From a virus (lineage: Duplodnaviria > Caudoviricetes), in IMG/VR virus record IMGVR_UViG_3300012667_000473, positions 1 through 35,629 of that record: DNA of 35,629 nt; one strand, written 5' to 3'. Of the stretch, positions 17,991 to 25,809 are shown piece after piece; the stretch's first letter is position 1; each line of letters begins with the position of its first letter. The notes below the pieces were generated by a model. That model was not told the DNA's origin. It saw nothing but the letters and a program-made list of their open reading frames with translations, and made no database searches. The position numbers were made by a program, and so were the translations under genes.

Positions 17991-18362
17991 ATGGCATTTT
18001 TGAACGATCTGGTGTTCGACAGCGGCCTGTCGCAGCTGACATCGCTCGGCAACAAGATCACGATCACCTCGCAGGAGGTCACGACATTCACCCAGGGCGA
18101 TGTCACCTATGCTCTCGGCAGCAAGACATCCGTCACGATTGGATCCCCGGCTGATCGCACCGGCGGCGGGCGCAAAGTGACGGTCCCGGCAATCACCGGC
18201 GGCACGGTCTCGGCCACCGGCACTGCCACGCATTATGCGATCCTGGACGTCGCCAACAGCCGCCTACTGGCGACGGGTTCGCTGACAGCATCGCAGGCCG
18301 TGACCAACGGGAACACCTTCACGCTTTCCACATTCGACATCGGCATCCCTGATCCCGTCTGA
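17991..18362 (+). CDS. Putative virion structural protein (beta-rich)
   Basis: GGAGG RBS; Thr/Gly-rich with GTATHYA and GNTFTL..FDI motifs. Confidence 0.7.
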   Translation: MAFLNDLVFDSGLSQLTSLGNKITITSQEVTTFTQGDVTYALGSKTSVTIGSPADRTGGGRKVTVPAITGGTVSATGTATHYAILDVANSRLLATGSLTASQAVTNGNTFTLSTFDIGIPDPV

Positions 18363-18373
18363 GGGCTGACGCC

Positions 18374-18580
18374 ATGACCACCGGCTATTTTGCACAGGTG
18401 ACTGACGGTGTGGTCACCGATGTCAGACGCGTGACGAAAGAGCGCATCGACCAGAATCCTGATCTCTATCCCGGCCTATGGGTGGAGGTGCCAGACATGG
18501 ACCAATATCCAGCCATTGGCTGGCTGTGGACGCCTGATGGCGGGTTTGTTCCACCACCTGAAGAGGTCCTGGCCGAATGA
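18374..18580 (+). CDS. Small fibre-associated protein (possible chaperone)
   Basis: YFAQV.DGVV..V...W......YPAIGW.W....F.PP pattern; directly before a Gly-rich fibre gene. Confidence 0.7.
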   Translation: MTTGYFAQVTDGVVTDVRRVTKERIDQNPDLYPGLWVEVPDMDQYPAIGWLWTPDGGFVPPPEEVLAE

Positions 18581-21048
18581 CAAAGGCGACCGGCGGATCG
18601 ATCAGCTATATCTGGGACGCCGGGAAACTCTGGCGGCTCCATACGTTCACGGCTGATGGAAATTTCGTCGTCACTACCGGCGGGGCTGACGTTGAATATT
18701 TTATGGTTGGCGGTGGTGGTTCTGGTGGCCGCACTGCTGGCGGTGCTACCAGCCCGGGCGGCGGCGGTGGCGGCGGGTATCGCGCAAACATTGGCAGCCC
18801 GATCACTGTCACAGCGACAACTTACCCAGTGGTCGTTGGTCAAGGTGGCGCTGCCAGCACTGGCGTCGGTAATGACGGCACTGCGTCAACATTCAACAGC
18901 TTGTCGGCCACTGGCGGCGGTGGCGGCTCCGCTGGCACGGCAGCAGGTCGCACCGGGGGCTGTGGTGGTGGCGGTGGCGGCGCATCGACCGCTGCTTTCC
19001 GTGTTGGCGGCACAGGGACTTTAGGCAGAAATGGCGGTCCCGGCAGCTATGTGAGCGCCACCAGCCACAGCGGCGGCGGCGGCGGCGGTTTGGGAGCGAC
19101 AACACCCAACAACTTCAATGGCGGAAACGGGCTTACATCCACTTTCTCCGGGGCATCGGTTGTCTATGGCGGCGGCGGCGGTGGGGCATCTAGGGCCAGC
19201 AGCACATACACTGGAGGCACGGCAGGAACGGGTGGCGGTTCGGCTGGTGCCAATGGTGATTCAGCGGCAGGCACGAACGGGCTTGGCGGCGGCTCTGGCG
19301 GTTCAATTAAACTAGGCACTGCGTCTGGCGCGGGCGGCAGCGGCGTCGTTATGATCCGCTATCCAGCGGAGTTTATTCCGGCATCAAACACGACCTTTGA
19401 TGAAACCATCTCAGGAACAGCTTGGCGCTACCATATCTTTGTCACCGACGGCACGTTTACCGTTTCAGGGGCTTCGATCTCTGGCGTTGAATACCTGATG
19501 GTCGGCGGCGGCGCGTCTGGCGGCAGGACAACATCCGGCGGGACAAGCGGCGCTGGCGGTGGTGGTGCGGGCGGGGTCCTAAGCAACATTGGATCACCCA
19601 CCACATTGTCGGTCGGGTCTTATTCCATTGTCGTGGGCGTCGGCGGCGCTGCGACCACTGGCACAAACGTCAATGGGAACACCGGCACCAGCACCACATT
19701 CAACTCTTTGACGGCCACCCGTGGCGGCTATGGCGGCTGGATCAACTCCGGCCAGAGCGGTGGCTCTGGGGGTGGTGGCGCTACCAGAACAACCGGCACT
19801 TATGCTGGGGGCGCAGGAACCGCCGGTCAGGGAAACAGCGGCGGATCGACATCCGGAAGCGGTGGCGGTGGTGGCGGTGGTTCTGGCTCAGTCGGAGCAA
19901 ACGGCGCATCCAACATCGGCGGCGCTGGCGGAACCCCGGCGCTCTATGCAATTTATGATTCCTCAGTCCCATTCGCTGGCGGCGGCGGTGGCTCTGGGGG
20001 GACCAGCAGCGGTATCGGCTCGGGCGGCGGCTCAAGCGGCGCAAGCGCGGCGTCATCACTGGCGGGGGCAAATGGTTCCGGCGGCGGGACAGGTGGCGTT
20101 ACCACGGCCACTACCGGCATGGTCGCTGGGAAAGGCGGCGACGGCATCGTCATCATTCGTTATCCTGTGCCGCCAGTGGCCTGTTCTGCTAACTCAATCA
20201 CCACAGGCACGCCGGTCGTCGGCGCATCGTCGGTCGGGCAGGATCACAGCATTGCCGCCACCGGCGTTCTAACCGGTGCGCCTAGCATCGGCGCATCGTC
20301 GGTCGGGCAAGATCACAGCATCACCGCCATCGGCATCACGACCGCTACGCCCAGCGTCGGGGCGCCAACGGCGGCCATCTTGGGCGGCCTGAGCGCTGAC
20401 GGCATCACGACCGGCCAGCCCACGGTCGGCGCGTCGGCCATTGCCCAGACGCACAACATCGCCGCCACCGGCATCACGACAGACCAGCCCACGGTCGGCG
20501 CATCCAGCATCACGCAGGCGCAGTCGATCACGGCGGGATCGATCACGACCGGCCAGCCGACAGTTGGCGCGGGCAGCATCACGCAGACGCACAGCCTGCA
20601 AGCCGCGAACATCACGACAGCGCCGCCGACGCTGGGGCAGCCCACCGCCCAGGCGCAGGCCAGCCTCACTGCGGATGGCATCACCACCGGCCAGCCCACA
20701 ATCGGCGCGGCCAGCGTCACGCAGGCCCACGCGCTGGGCGCTGTCGGCATCGCGACAGGCCAGCCGTTGGTGCAGGCGGCGACGGCAACCATCACGTTTG
20801 CTCTGCTGGCCGATGGCATCCTGACCGCAGCGCCAGAGGTCGGGGCTGGGTTCCTGAACGGCAGCATCGAGCGCGAGGTCCATGTCAGCGCGCCGTCCAA
20901 CAACGTCGCAGTCACCGGCGGGAAAAACAGTTGCGAGATCGCCAACCAGCCCAACAGCGCCAGCGTGACGTTCGGCTCAAACTCATGTATCGTCGATGCC
21001 AACACGCCCAACATCACCATTGTCCAACGCGCGAATGAGGCAGCCTGA
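18577..21048 (+). CDS. Fibre/adhesin-like protein with two tandem glycine-rich domains and a 23-aa repeat shaft
   Basis: Two units of H.F..DG.F.V...VEY.MVGGG...GG.G.V.IRYP, followed by about 10 ITTGQPTVGA-type repeats. Confidence 0.8.
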   Translation: MTKATGGSISYIWDAGKLWRLHTFTADGNFVVTTGGADVEYFMVGGGGSGGRTAGGATSPGGGGGGGYRANIGSPITVTATTYPVVVGQGGAASTGVGNDGTASTFNSLSATGGGGGSAGTAAGRTGGCGGGGGGASTAAFRVGGTGTLGRNGGPGSYVSATSHSGGGGGGLGATTPNNFNGGNGLTSTFSGASVVYGGGGGGASRASSTYTGGTAGTGGGSAGANGDSAAGTNGLGGGSGGSIKLGTASGAGGSGVVMIRYPAEFIPASNTTFDETISGTAWRYHIFVTDGTFTVSGASISGVEYLMVGGGASGGRTTSGGTSGAGGGGAGGVLSNIGSPTTLSVGSYSIVVGVGGAATTGTNVNGNTGTSTTFNSLTATRGGYGGWINSGQSGGSGGGGATRTTGTYAGGAGTAGQGNSGGSTSGSGGGGGGGSGSVGANGASNIGGAGGTPALYAIYDSSVPFAGGGGGSGGTSSGIGSGGGSSGASAASSLAGANGSGGGTGGVTTATTGMVAGKGGDGIVIIRYPVPPVACSANSITTGTPVVGASSVGQDHSIAATGVLTGAPSIGASSVGQDHSITAIGITTATPSVGAPTAAILGGLSADGITTGQPTVGASAIAQTHNIAATGITTDQPTVGASSITQAQSITAGSITTGQPTVGAGSITQTHSLQAANITTAPPTLGQPTAQAQASLTADGITTGQPTIGAASVTQAHALGAVGIATGQPLVQAATATITFALLADGILTAAPEVGAGFLNGSIEREVHVSAPSNNVAVTGGKNSCEIANQPNSASVTFGSNSCIVDANTPNITIVQRANEAA
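20197..20850 (+). repeat. Degenerate 69-bp (23-aa) tandem coding repeat, about 10 copies
   Basis: TCGGCGCATCGTCGGTCGGGCARGATCACAGCAT occurs at 20219 and 20288 (offset 69); the protein period is 23 aa. Confidence 0.9.
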
Positions 21049-21371
21049 TGACATTCTACATCAAGCAGAACGACACCAGCCCGGCGATGCTGGCGACATT
21101 GCAGGATGCCACCGGCTCTGCGGTGAACATCACCGGCGGCTCTGTCCGATTCCATATGCGCCCGGTCGGATCCACGACTGCAAAGGTCAGCACGACCGCG
21201 ACCATCGTGACCGCGAGCACTGGATCGGTTCGCTATAGCTGGGCATCCGGCGACACCGACACGGTCGGCGCATATCAGGCTGAATTCCAGGTCACATATT
21301 CAGACGGAAAGATCGAGACGTTTCCGAATGACGGATATATTGCCGTCGAAATCACCGACGACATTGCGTGA
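21048..21371 (+). CDS. BppU-N-like Ig/beta-sandwich structural protein
   Basis: FYIKQNDTSP, G.VRY.W...DTDT.G.YQAEF.VTY.DG.IETFPN motifs. Confidence 0.75.
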   Translation: MTFYIKQNDTSPAMLATLQDATGSAVNITGGSVRFHMRPVGSTTAKVSTTATIVTASTGSVRYSWASGDTDTVGAYQAEFQVTYSDGKIETFPNDGYIAVEITDDIA

Positions 21372-21622
21372 TGCTGTCGATGGAGCCGGATACCCTATGG
21401 AGCGCGCTTCTCACTGCCGCCATTGGCCTGGTCGGCTGGGCGCTGAAATCATTCGCCGATGAGCAAAAGCGCCAGCAGATCCTGTTGAACAAAACCCGCG
21501 AGGAGCTGGCGCGAGAATATGTCACAAAGGCCGAGGTGCACGCTGACATCAATCGTGTTATCATCCGGCTCGAGGCGCTGGACGCCAAGATCGACAGGCT
21601 GATCGAACGCACGACCAGATGA
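21368..21622 (+). CDS. Small membrane protein (1 TM plus coiled coil), holin/antiholin candidate
   Basis: N-terminal TM WSALLTAAIGLVGWAL, then YVTK.E...I.RL..LD.KIDRL. Confidence 0.65.
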   Translation: MMLSMEPDTLWSALLTAAIGLVGWALKSFADEQKRQQILLNKTREELAREYVTKAEVHADINRVIIRLEALDAKIDRLIERTTR

Positions 21623-21828
21623 TGGGGATGGGGATGCAGGAAAAACTGACTTGGCTGGCCGTCTTGCTTGTCATCGCGGCAGTGTTCTACATCTCAGGCG
21701 ACGGATTCTATCGCTACCCGTGCCAAAACCCAATCAATTGGACCGAGGCCGACTGTCAGCCGCCGATCTGCACGGCCAACAAAACCTGTCCGCATGACCT
21801 GATGGGAGATATGAATGTCTCGGAATAA
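21619..21828 (+). CDS. Small membrane-anchored Cys-rich protein in the lysis cassette
   Basis: TM helix followed by YRYPCQNPINW...CQPPICTANKTCP. Confidence 0.65.
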   Translation: MMGMGMQEKLTWLAVLLVIAAVFYISGDGFYRYPCQNPINWTEADCQPPICTANKTCPHDLMGDMNVSE

Positions 21829-22081
21829 TTTGAATGTGATGGAAGCCCGCCTGCGGTATTTCATCGGCGTGGCGCTGACCTTCATCCTCGGCGGCACGAT
21901 TTTCTTCATCCTGTATTCGCTGGTCTTCGTGACCCAGCCGCTGGGCGAAACATCCGAAAACGACCGCAAATTTTTCGAGCTTCTGACGCCTATCGCATCG
22001 TTCATCGTCGGCGCGCTGTCTGGGGTGATGGCCGCCGGGAACAACAAAGATCGCAACGAGCCGAAGGATGATGACGAATGA
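21815..22081 (+). CDS. Two-TM membrane protein, holin candidate
   Basis: TM1 FIGVALTFILGGTIFFILYSLVFV, TM2 LLTPIASFIVGALSGVM, charged C-tail. Confidence 0.7.
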   Translation: MSRNNLNVMEARLRYFIGVALTFILGGTIFFILYSLVFVTQPLGETSENDRKFFELLTPIASFIVGALSGVMAAGNNKDRNEPKDDDE

Positions 22082-22254
22082 TCGGAAAGCTGATTTCGAT
22101 GTTCATTGGCCGCAAGGTCAAGGAACAGGTGGTCGATGCGGCACTGTCCAAGGTCGATCTGCCTGACCCAATCGAGGCGTCGATCAAGGCAGCGGCAACC
22201 GGCAATGTCGGCGACTTGGTGGCCGATCTGACCAAGAAGAAGCCCAGGAAATGA
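22078..22254 (+). CDS. 58-aa hypothetical protein (not in the ORF track)
   Basis: MIGKLISMFIGRKVKEQVVDAALSKVDLPDPIEASIKAAATGNVGDLVADLTKKKPRK; ATGA overlaps at both ends. Confidence 0.75.
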   Translation: MIGKLISMFIGRKVKEQVVDAALSKVDLPDPIEASIKAAATGNVGDLVADLTKKKPRK

Positions 22255-22661
22255 TTAGGCTGGCCGCCATCTTCGCGCTGTTCGCGTCAGCGGCGGCTGC
22301 CGAAAACTATCAGATCACCCGCGTGATCGACGGCGACACGGTCGAGATCGCTGTCGGCTTCCTGCCGGATCCGCTGCCGCCTAAATTGTCGATCCGCGTG
22401 CTCGGCATCGACACGCCAGAAAAAGCGCCGCGCGCCAAATGCGAGGCCGAGGCGGCCAAGGCGAAAGAGGCCAGCGCATTCACCAAAGCCGCTGTCGCCA
22501 ATGCGCGGGCGATCGATGTGCAGATGACCGAGTGGGACAAATATGGCGGCCGGGTTCTCGGGCATCTGATCCTAGACGGCCAGAGCCTGGCCGATATGCT
22601 AATCCGCGCAGGCCTGGCCCGCCCATATCACGGCGAGGCCAAATCCTCTTGGTGCGAATAG
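22251..22661 (+). CDS. Thermonuclease (SNase-like) with signal peptide
   Basis: RVIDGDTV, IRVLGIDTPE, DKYGGRVLG and GLARPY motifs; N-terminal MIRLAAIFALFASAAAA. Confidence 0.9.
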   Translation: MIRLAAIFALFASAAAAENYQITRVIDGDTVEIAVGFLPDPLPPKLSIRVLGIDTPEKAPRAKCEAEAAKAKEASAFTKAAVANARAIDVQMTEWDKYGGRVLGHLILDGQSLADMLIRAGLARPYHGEAKSSWCE

Positions 22662-22671
22662 GAGATCCTAA

Positions 22672-23526
22672 ATGCCGTTGCTGACCGAGGCGCAACTGTG
22701 CGCCATGCTGCCGTCGAACAAAGATGCCGGATCCTGGATCGATGCGATCAACGCTGGCCTGCCAAAGTATGAGATCACCACGCCGCACCGCATCGCCGGA
22801 TTCATCGCGCAGTGCGCCCATGAAAGCGCTGACTTCAAGCTGCTGGAGGAAAATCTAAACTACAGGGATGCCACTCTCCTGAAGGTTTTCTCGCGCTATT
22901 TCGGTCCCGGCAAGGAAAACCCAGCAGAGTATGCGGGCAAGCCTGAGAAGATCGCGAATTACGTTTATATGGACAAGCACCGCAGCGCCGCCGGTGCCTT
23001 GGGCAACGTCCAGGAAGGCGACGGCTGGTTGTTTCGCGGCAAAGGTCTGAAACAGGTCACAGGCCGCTCCAACCATGCCGCATTCGGCAAGACCATCGGC
23101 ATGACGGCGGAACAGGCGGCTGACTATCTGTTGACCAAGGAGGGCGCGCTGGAATCGGCTTTGTGGTTCTGGGGCAGTCGGAATCTGAACACCATCGCCG
23201 ACACCGGCGACATCGTGAAGATGACCAGGGTGATCAACGGCGGCGACATCGGGCTGGATGATCGGCGATTTCGATATGTCCGCGCGCTGACGATCCTGTC
23301 CATGCCTGCCGGTGCGACCGTGACTGCCGACGCGCCGACGCATGAGACGCTGCGCCGGGGCGACAAGGGCGATGCGGTTTATCGCCTGCAAAAGCGCCTT
23401 GGCATGGCACCAGACGGGTCGTTCGGCCCAGCCACCGAGAGCGCAGTCAAGCGCTGGCAGCAGGCCAACGGTCTGGCGGCTGATGGTGTGGCTGGCCCGC
23501 AGACGCTGGCAAAGCTGTTCGCATGA
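22672..23526 (+). CDS. Endolysin: GH19 catalytic domain plus C-terminal peptidoglycan-binding domain
   Basis: FIAQCAHES, EENLNY, GDGWLFRGKGLKQVTGR, INGG..GL.DR; LRRGDKGDAV..LQ...DG.FGP.T...WQ...DGVAGP.T. Confidence 0.93.
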   Translation: MPLLTEAQLCAMLPSNKDAGSWIDAINAGLPKYEITTPHRIAGFIAQCAHESADFKLLEENLNYRDATLLKVFSRYFGPGKENPAEYAGKPEKIANYVYMDKHRSAAGALGNVQEGDGWLFRGKGLKQVTGRSNHAAFGKTIGMTAEQAADYLLTKEGALESALWFWGSRNLNTIADTGDIVKMTRVINGGDIGLDDRRFRYVRALTILSMPAGATVTADAPTHETLRRGDKGDAVYRLQKRLGMAPDGSFGPATESAVKRWQQANGLAADGVAGPQTLAKLFA

Positions 23527-23696
23527 CCGACGGGTCTGCAAAGCGTGTCGCGTGGAAAGTCACCGACGACGGCTTTTGCATAGACATCGACGGCGACCAT
23601 CAGGTTCTGGTCGCGGTCGATGATTTCCCTGATCTGGTTTTACTTTTGCTCAGTGCGCTGAAAGAGCAAGTCGTGAGGGACGCTAGATTGAGTTGA
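23523..23696 (+). CDS. 57-aa hypothetical protein (not in the ORF track)
   Basis: ATGA-coupled to the endolysin stop; MTDGSAKRVAWKVTDDGFCIDIDG... Confidence 0.6.
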   Translation: MTDGSAKRVAWKVTDDGFCIDIDGDHQVLVAVDDFPDLVLLLLSALKEQVVRDARLS

Positions 23697-23776
23697 TGTG
23701 CCGTGGCGCAGTCATATCAGCTTGACCATGTAAGTAACCGACCGCTTTCGCGAACAGGTTCCTGCGTCCCTCGCCA
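23673..23776 (+). ncRNA. Candidate structured RNA (three-way junction) at the late/early convergence
   Basis: 11-bp closing stem 23673-83/23764-74, 13-bp arm 23688-700/23713-25 with several G-U pairs, second arm 23736-60. Confidence 0.45.
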
Positions 23777-23782
23777 ACATTG

Positions 23783-23950
23783 TTATCGACCGATTCCCCG
23801 ATCCGCAACCGGCTTTTCAGGAATCTTTTGGCGGTGGTCTTCGATGACTTCATCCCACGGCGCGCGTGGCATCGTCACCTGGACTGTGTGCTGGGCCGAC
23901 GTGCTGAAGCTGGCTGCCACTTTCGCCACCGTGACTGTCTTGGTCTGCAT
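23783..23950 (-). CDS. Small hypothetical protein
   Basis: MQTKTVTV...VTMPRAPWDE from ATG 23950; overlaps the upstream ORF. Confidence 0.5.
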   Translation of the reverse strand: MQTKTVTVAKVAASFSTSAQHTVQVTMPRAPWDEVIEDHRQKIPEKPVADRGIGR

Positions 23951-24140
23951 GCTGATCTCTGTTCGCTCCCGGTCGTTGCGCCTCGGCGCGGATTTGATTG
24001 ACGATGTCCTCGTTCTGGTGCGCCATATAGGCGACCAGTTCCATCTGTTCGGCAGTGAGCCACCAGCGCGGGCATGGCTTGAAACCAGCCGCCCGCAGCG
24101 CCTTCGCACCCGCAGATTTCAGTTCGCTGCCGTTGCTCAC
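23850..24140 (-). CDS. Hypothetical protein
   Basis: GTG start coupled to the upstream stop, with a GGAGGGGG RBS. Confidence 0.6.
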   Translation of the reverse strand: MSNGSELKSAGAKALRAAGFKPCPRWWLTAEQMELVAYMAHQNEDIVNQIRAEAQRPGANRDQHADQDSHGGESGSQLQHVGPAHSPGDDATRAVG

Positions 24141-24481
24141 ACCCCCTCCCCGCGCAGGGCGGCGGGCGGGCGATGGTTGGGAAACAGCCGCCAGTAATGG
24201 GCAATGGACTGGCCCGACAAGGCGGATGACGCAACCCCGCGCATGTGTGCGTTGATCCAACCAAATTCTTCGCCTTCTCGGTATCCGATCAACTCGATAA
24301 GCCGAAGTGCGCTTTCAAGCTGCGCCTCGCGCACACCCACCATCACGGCGGGCAGGGCGGCGATGTCTTCCAGCGTGTCGCGGCTAATGCCAAACAGGCG
24401 GCTGTCGGGATCGCTGGCAAGCAGGGCGCGAATTTCCTTTACAGCCGCATCCCCACGCCGGATCAGATCGTTGTCAGACAT
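24137..24481 (-). CDS. Hypothetical protein
   Basis: MSDNDLIRRGDA...IAALPAV; AAGGAG RBS; overlaps the neighbouring genes. Confidence 0.7.
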   Translation of the reverse strand: MSDNDLIRRGDAAVKEIRALLASDPDSRLFGISRDTLEDIAALPAVMVGVREAQLESALRLIELIGYREGEEFGWINAHMRGVASSALSGQSIAHYWRLFPNHRPPAALRGEGV

Positions 24482-24743
24482 GGTCGTCTCCTTTCAGGGC
24501 GGCGTCGAAACCCGCCGCCGTCTCAGGACAGGGCTTCAGGTGGCGGGTTGCCTCACGATAGGCTTTCCCTGCCGCCACCAGCCGCTCGGCGCGAATGCGA
24601 TGGCTGGAGGCAAAAGCGCGTTCCCTGCCACACCTCACAATCCACTGATCCCTCTCCTTCACCAGCGCCTCAATCCGGTCGGCGGCGAGGACATGGAGGT
24701 CCTCCCCCATCCGCAACCGTGCGATCAGTTCTTCATCGGTCAT
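24474..24743 (-). CDS. Hypothetical protein
   Basis: MTDEELIARLR...AADRIEAL; ATGA-coupled start at 24743. Confidence 0.7.
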   Translation of the reverse strand: MTDEELIARLRMGEDLHVLAADRIEALVKERDQWIVRCGRERAFASSHRIRAERLVAAGKAYREATRHLKPCPETAAGFDAALKGDDHV

Positions 24744-25099
24744 CCTTTTTTCCTCATCACAAGCGCCAGCACGGCATGCGGCGCGAGTTTCAGTTGATAT
24801 CCAAGCAGGCGGCGGTTCACGCCCAGGTCCAGCGCCATTGCGCTGATGCTCGGCCATTGGTGTGGGCCGACTCGGATGGGCTTTCGATGGTTGCCCAGAC
24901 GGGTGCCAGGCTTGATGCCCTTGCGGACACCACAATGCTCTGCGTCACCGTGCCGGAATAGGGACTGGTAAACGGCACCGCGAGACACTCCCAGTGCGTC
25001 AGCGAGGGCGTTGGGGCAGCGATATGTAATGCCGCCCCTGACCACGCGTCGGCACGATCCGCCCTTGCAGGCGCGAGTGCATGCCACCTCATCCGTCAT
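24740..25099 (-). CDS. Tandem NUMOD1/HTH-like DNA-binding protein
   Basis: Two units: GITY...ALADALGVSRGAVYQ and PIRVG...WPSISAMALDLGVNR. Confidence 0.6.
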   Translation of the reverse strand: MTDEVACTRACKGGSCRRVVRGGITYRCPNALADALGVSRGAVYQSLFRHGDAEHCGVRKGIKPGTRLGNHRKPIRVGPHQWPSISAMALDLGVNRRLLGYQLKLAPHAVLALVMRKKG

Positions 25100-25415
25100 C
25101 CTTGGTCACCTCTGGGTGCGGTGTGCCGATCAAGTGCATGATTGGCACCGCGACAGACTGGCGGCGTGCCTGCTGCATCAGCGCGGGGGCGTCGAAGCAG
25201 TGGCGCATCAGAACCTCCACGGCAGCATCCCCAGCGGCCTTCGCTGCCTCGCGAAACGCTTGATCCCGCGCTTCCTGCACCATCTTTTCAACAATGTTGC
25301 GGCGCACGTATGGCACGCAATACTGTTCGACGGGCTGCGACCATTCGGTATAGACATGCAGTTCACCACCAATCGGGCGTTCGTCATCAATCCAAATCAG
25401 GTCTGGCCCGTTCAT
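25089..25415 (-). CDS. Hypothetical protein
   Basis: MNGPDLIWID...YVRR from ATG 25415, coupled to the upstream stop. Confidence 0.65.
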   Translation of the reverse strand: MNGPDLIWIDDERPIGGELHVYTEWSQPVEQYCVPYVRRNIVEKMVQEARDQAFREAAKAAGDAAVEVLMRHCFDAPALMQQARRQSVAVPIMHLIGTPHPEVTKDDG

Positions 25416-25627
25416 TGGCCCAACCCCTCTGGCCGACGTTTCGGGCGGATCGACCCAGACAGCGTGTGCGTCTCTTCGCACAACAGGTTGTGATCATAGC
25501 CCAGCGTGTCGCTGACGGTCATCAGCGCCGCCTCGCAAGAGGCCAGCGACGGATAAACCACGAACGAGCCTTGGCCGTCGAAAGGCCCGCCCAGCATGGT
25601 GATCCACATCACGGTCCAATAGGTCAC
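25412..25627 (-). CDS. Hypothetical protein
   Basis: Coupled small ORF with YPS...CE and SIRPKRRP. Confidence 0.7.
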   Translation of the reverse strand: MTYWTVMWITMLGGPFDGQGSFVVYPSLASCEAALMTVSDTLGYDHNLLCEETHTLSGSIRPKRRPEGLGQ

Positions 25628-25809
25628 GATTCCACCTCGCTTTCCGCCACGGCGGCATTGATCGCGGCGGCGACGGCGTCGGCCCGATCTGGTTTGAAGA
25701 ACAGGATCACCACCGAGCTGTTGGGCGATTCCGTGTAAATCCTGACAGCCGAAAAGCCGTCGTGATGGACCGCTTCGGCGCGGTCAATTCCATGAACGTG
25801 GCAGTGCAT
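25624..25809 (-). CDS. Hypothetical protein
   Basis: 61-aa coupled ORF. Confidence 0.65.
   Translation of the reverse strand: MHCHVHGIDRAEAVHHDGFSAVRIYTESPNSSVVILFFKPDRADAVAAAINAAVAESEVES

Noticed and set aside
16868-21048. Diversity-generating retroelement or invertible fibre cassette
   Set aside because: No reverse transcriptase or invertase, and no TR/VR pair differing only at adenines was seen. The two Gly domains are old duplicates.
23694-23776. Canonical tRNA or attP (GTGGCGCAGTC resembles a D-arm start and the element ends in CCA), hammerhead ribozyme, or c-di-GMP riboswitch
   Set aside because: No T arm or cloverleaf, no CUGANGA core, and riboswitch elements are in the wrong order. 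Retained only as an unclassified structured RNA.
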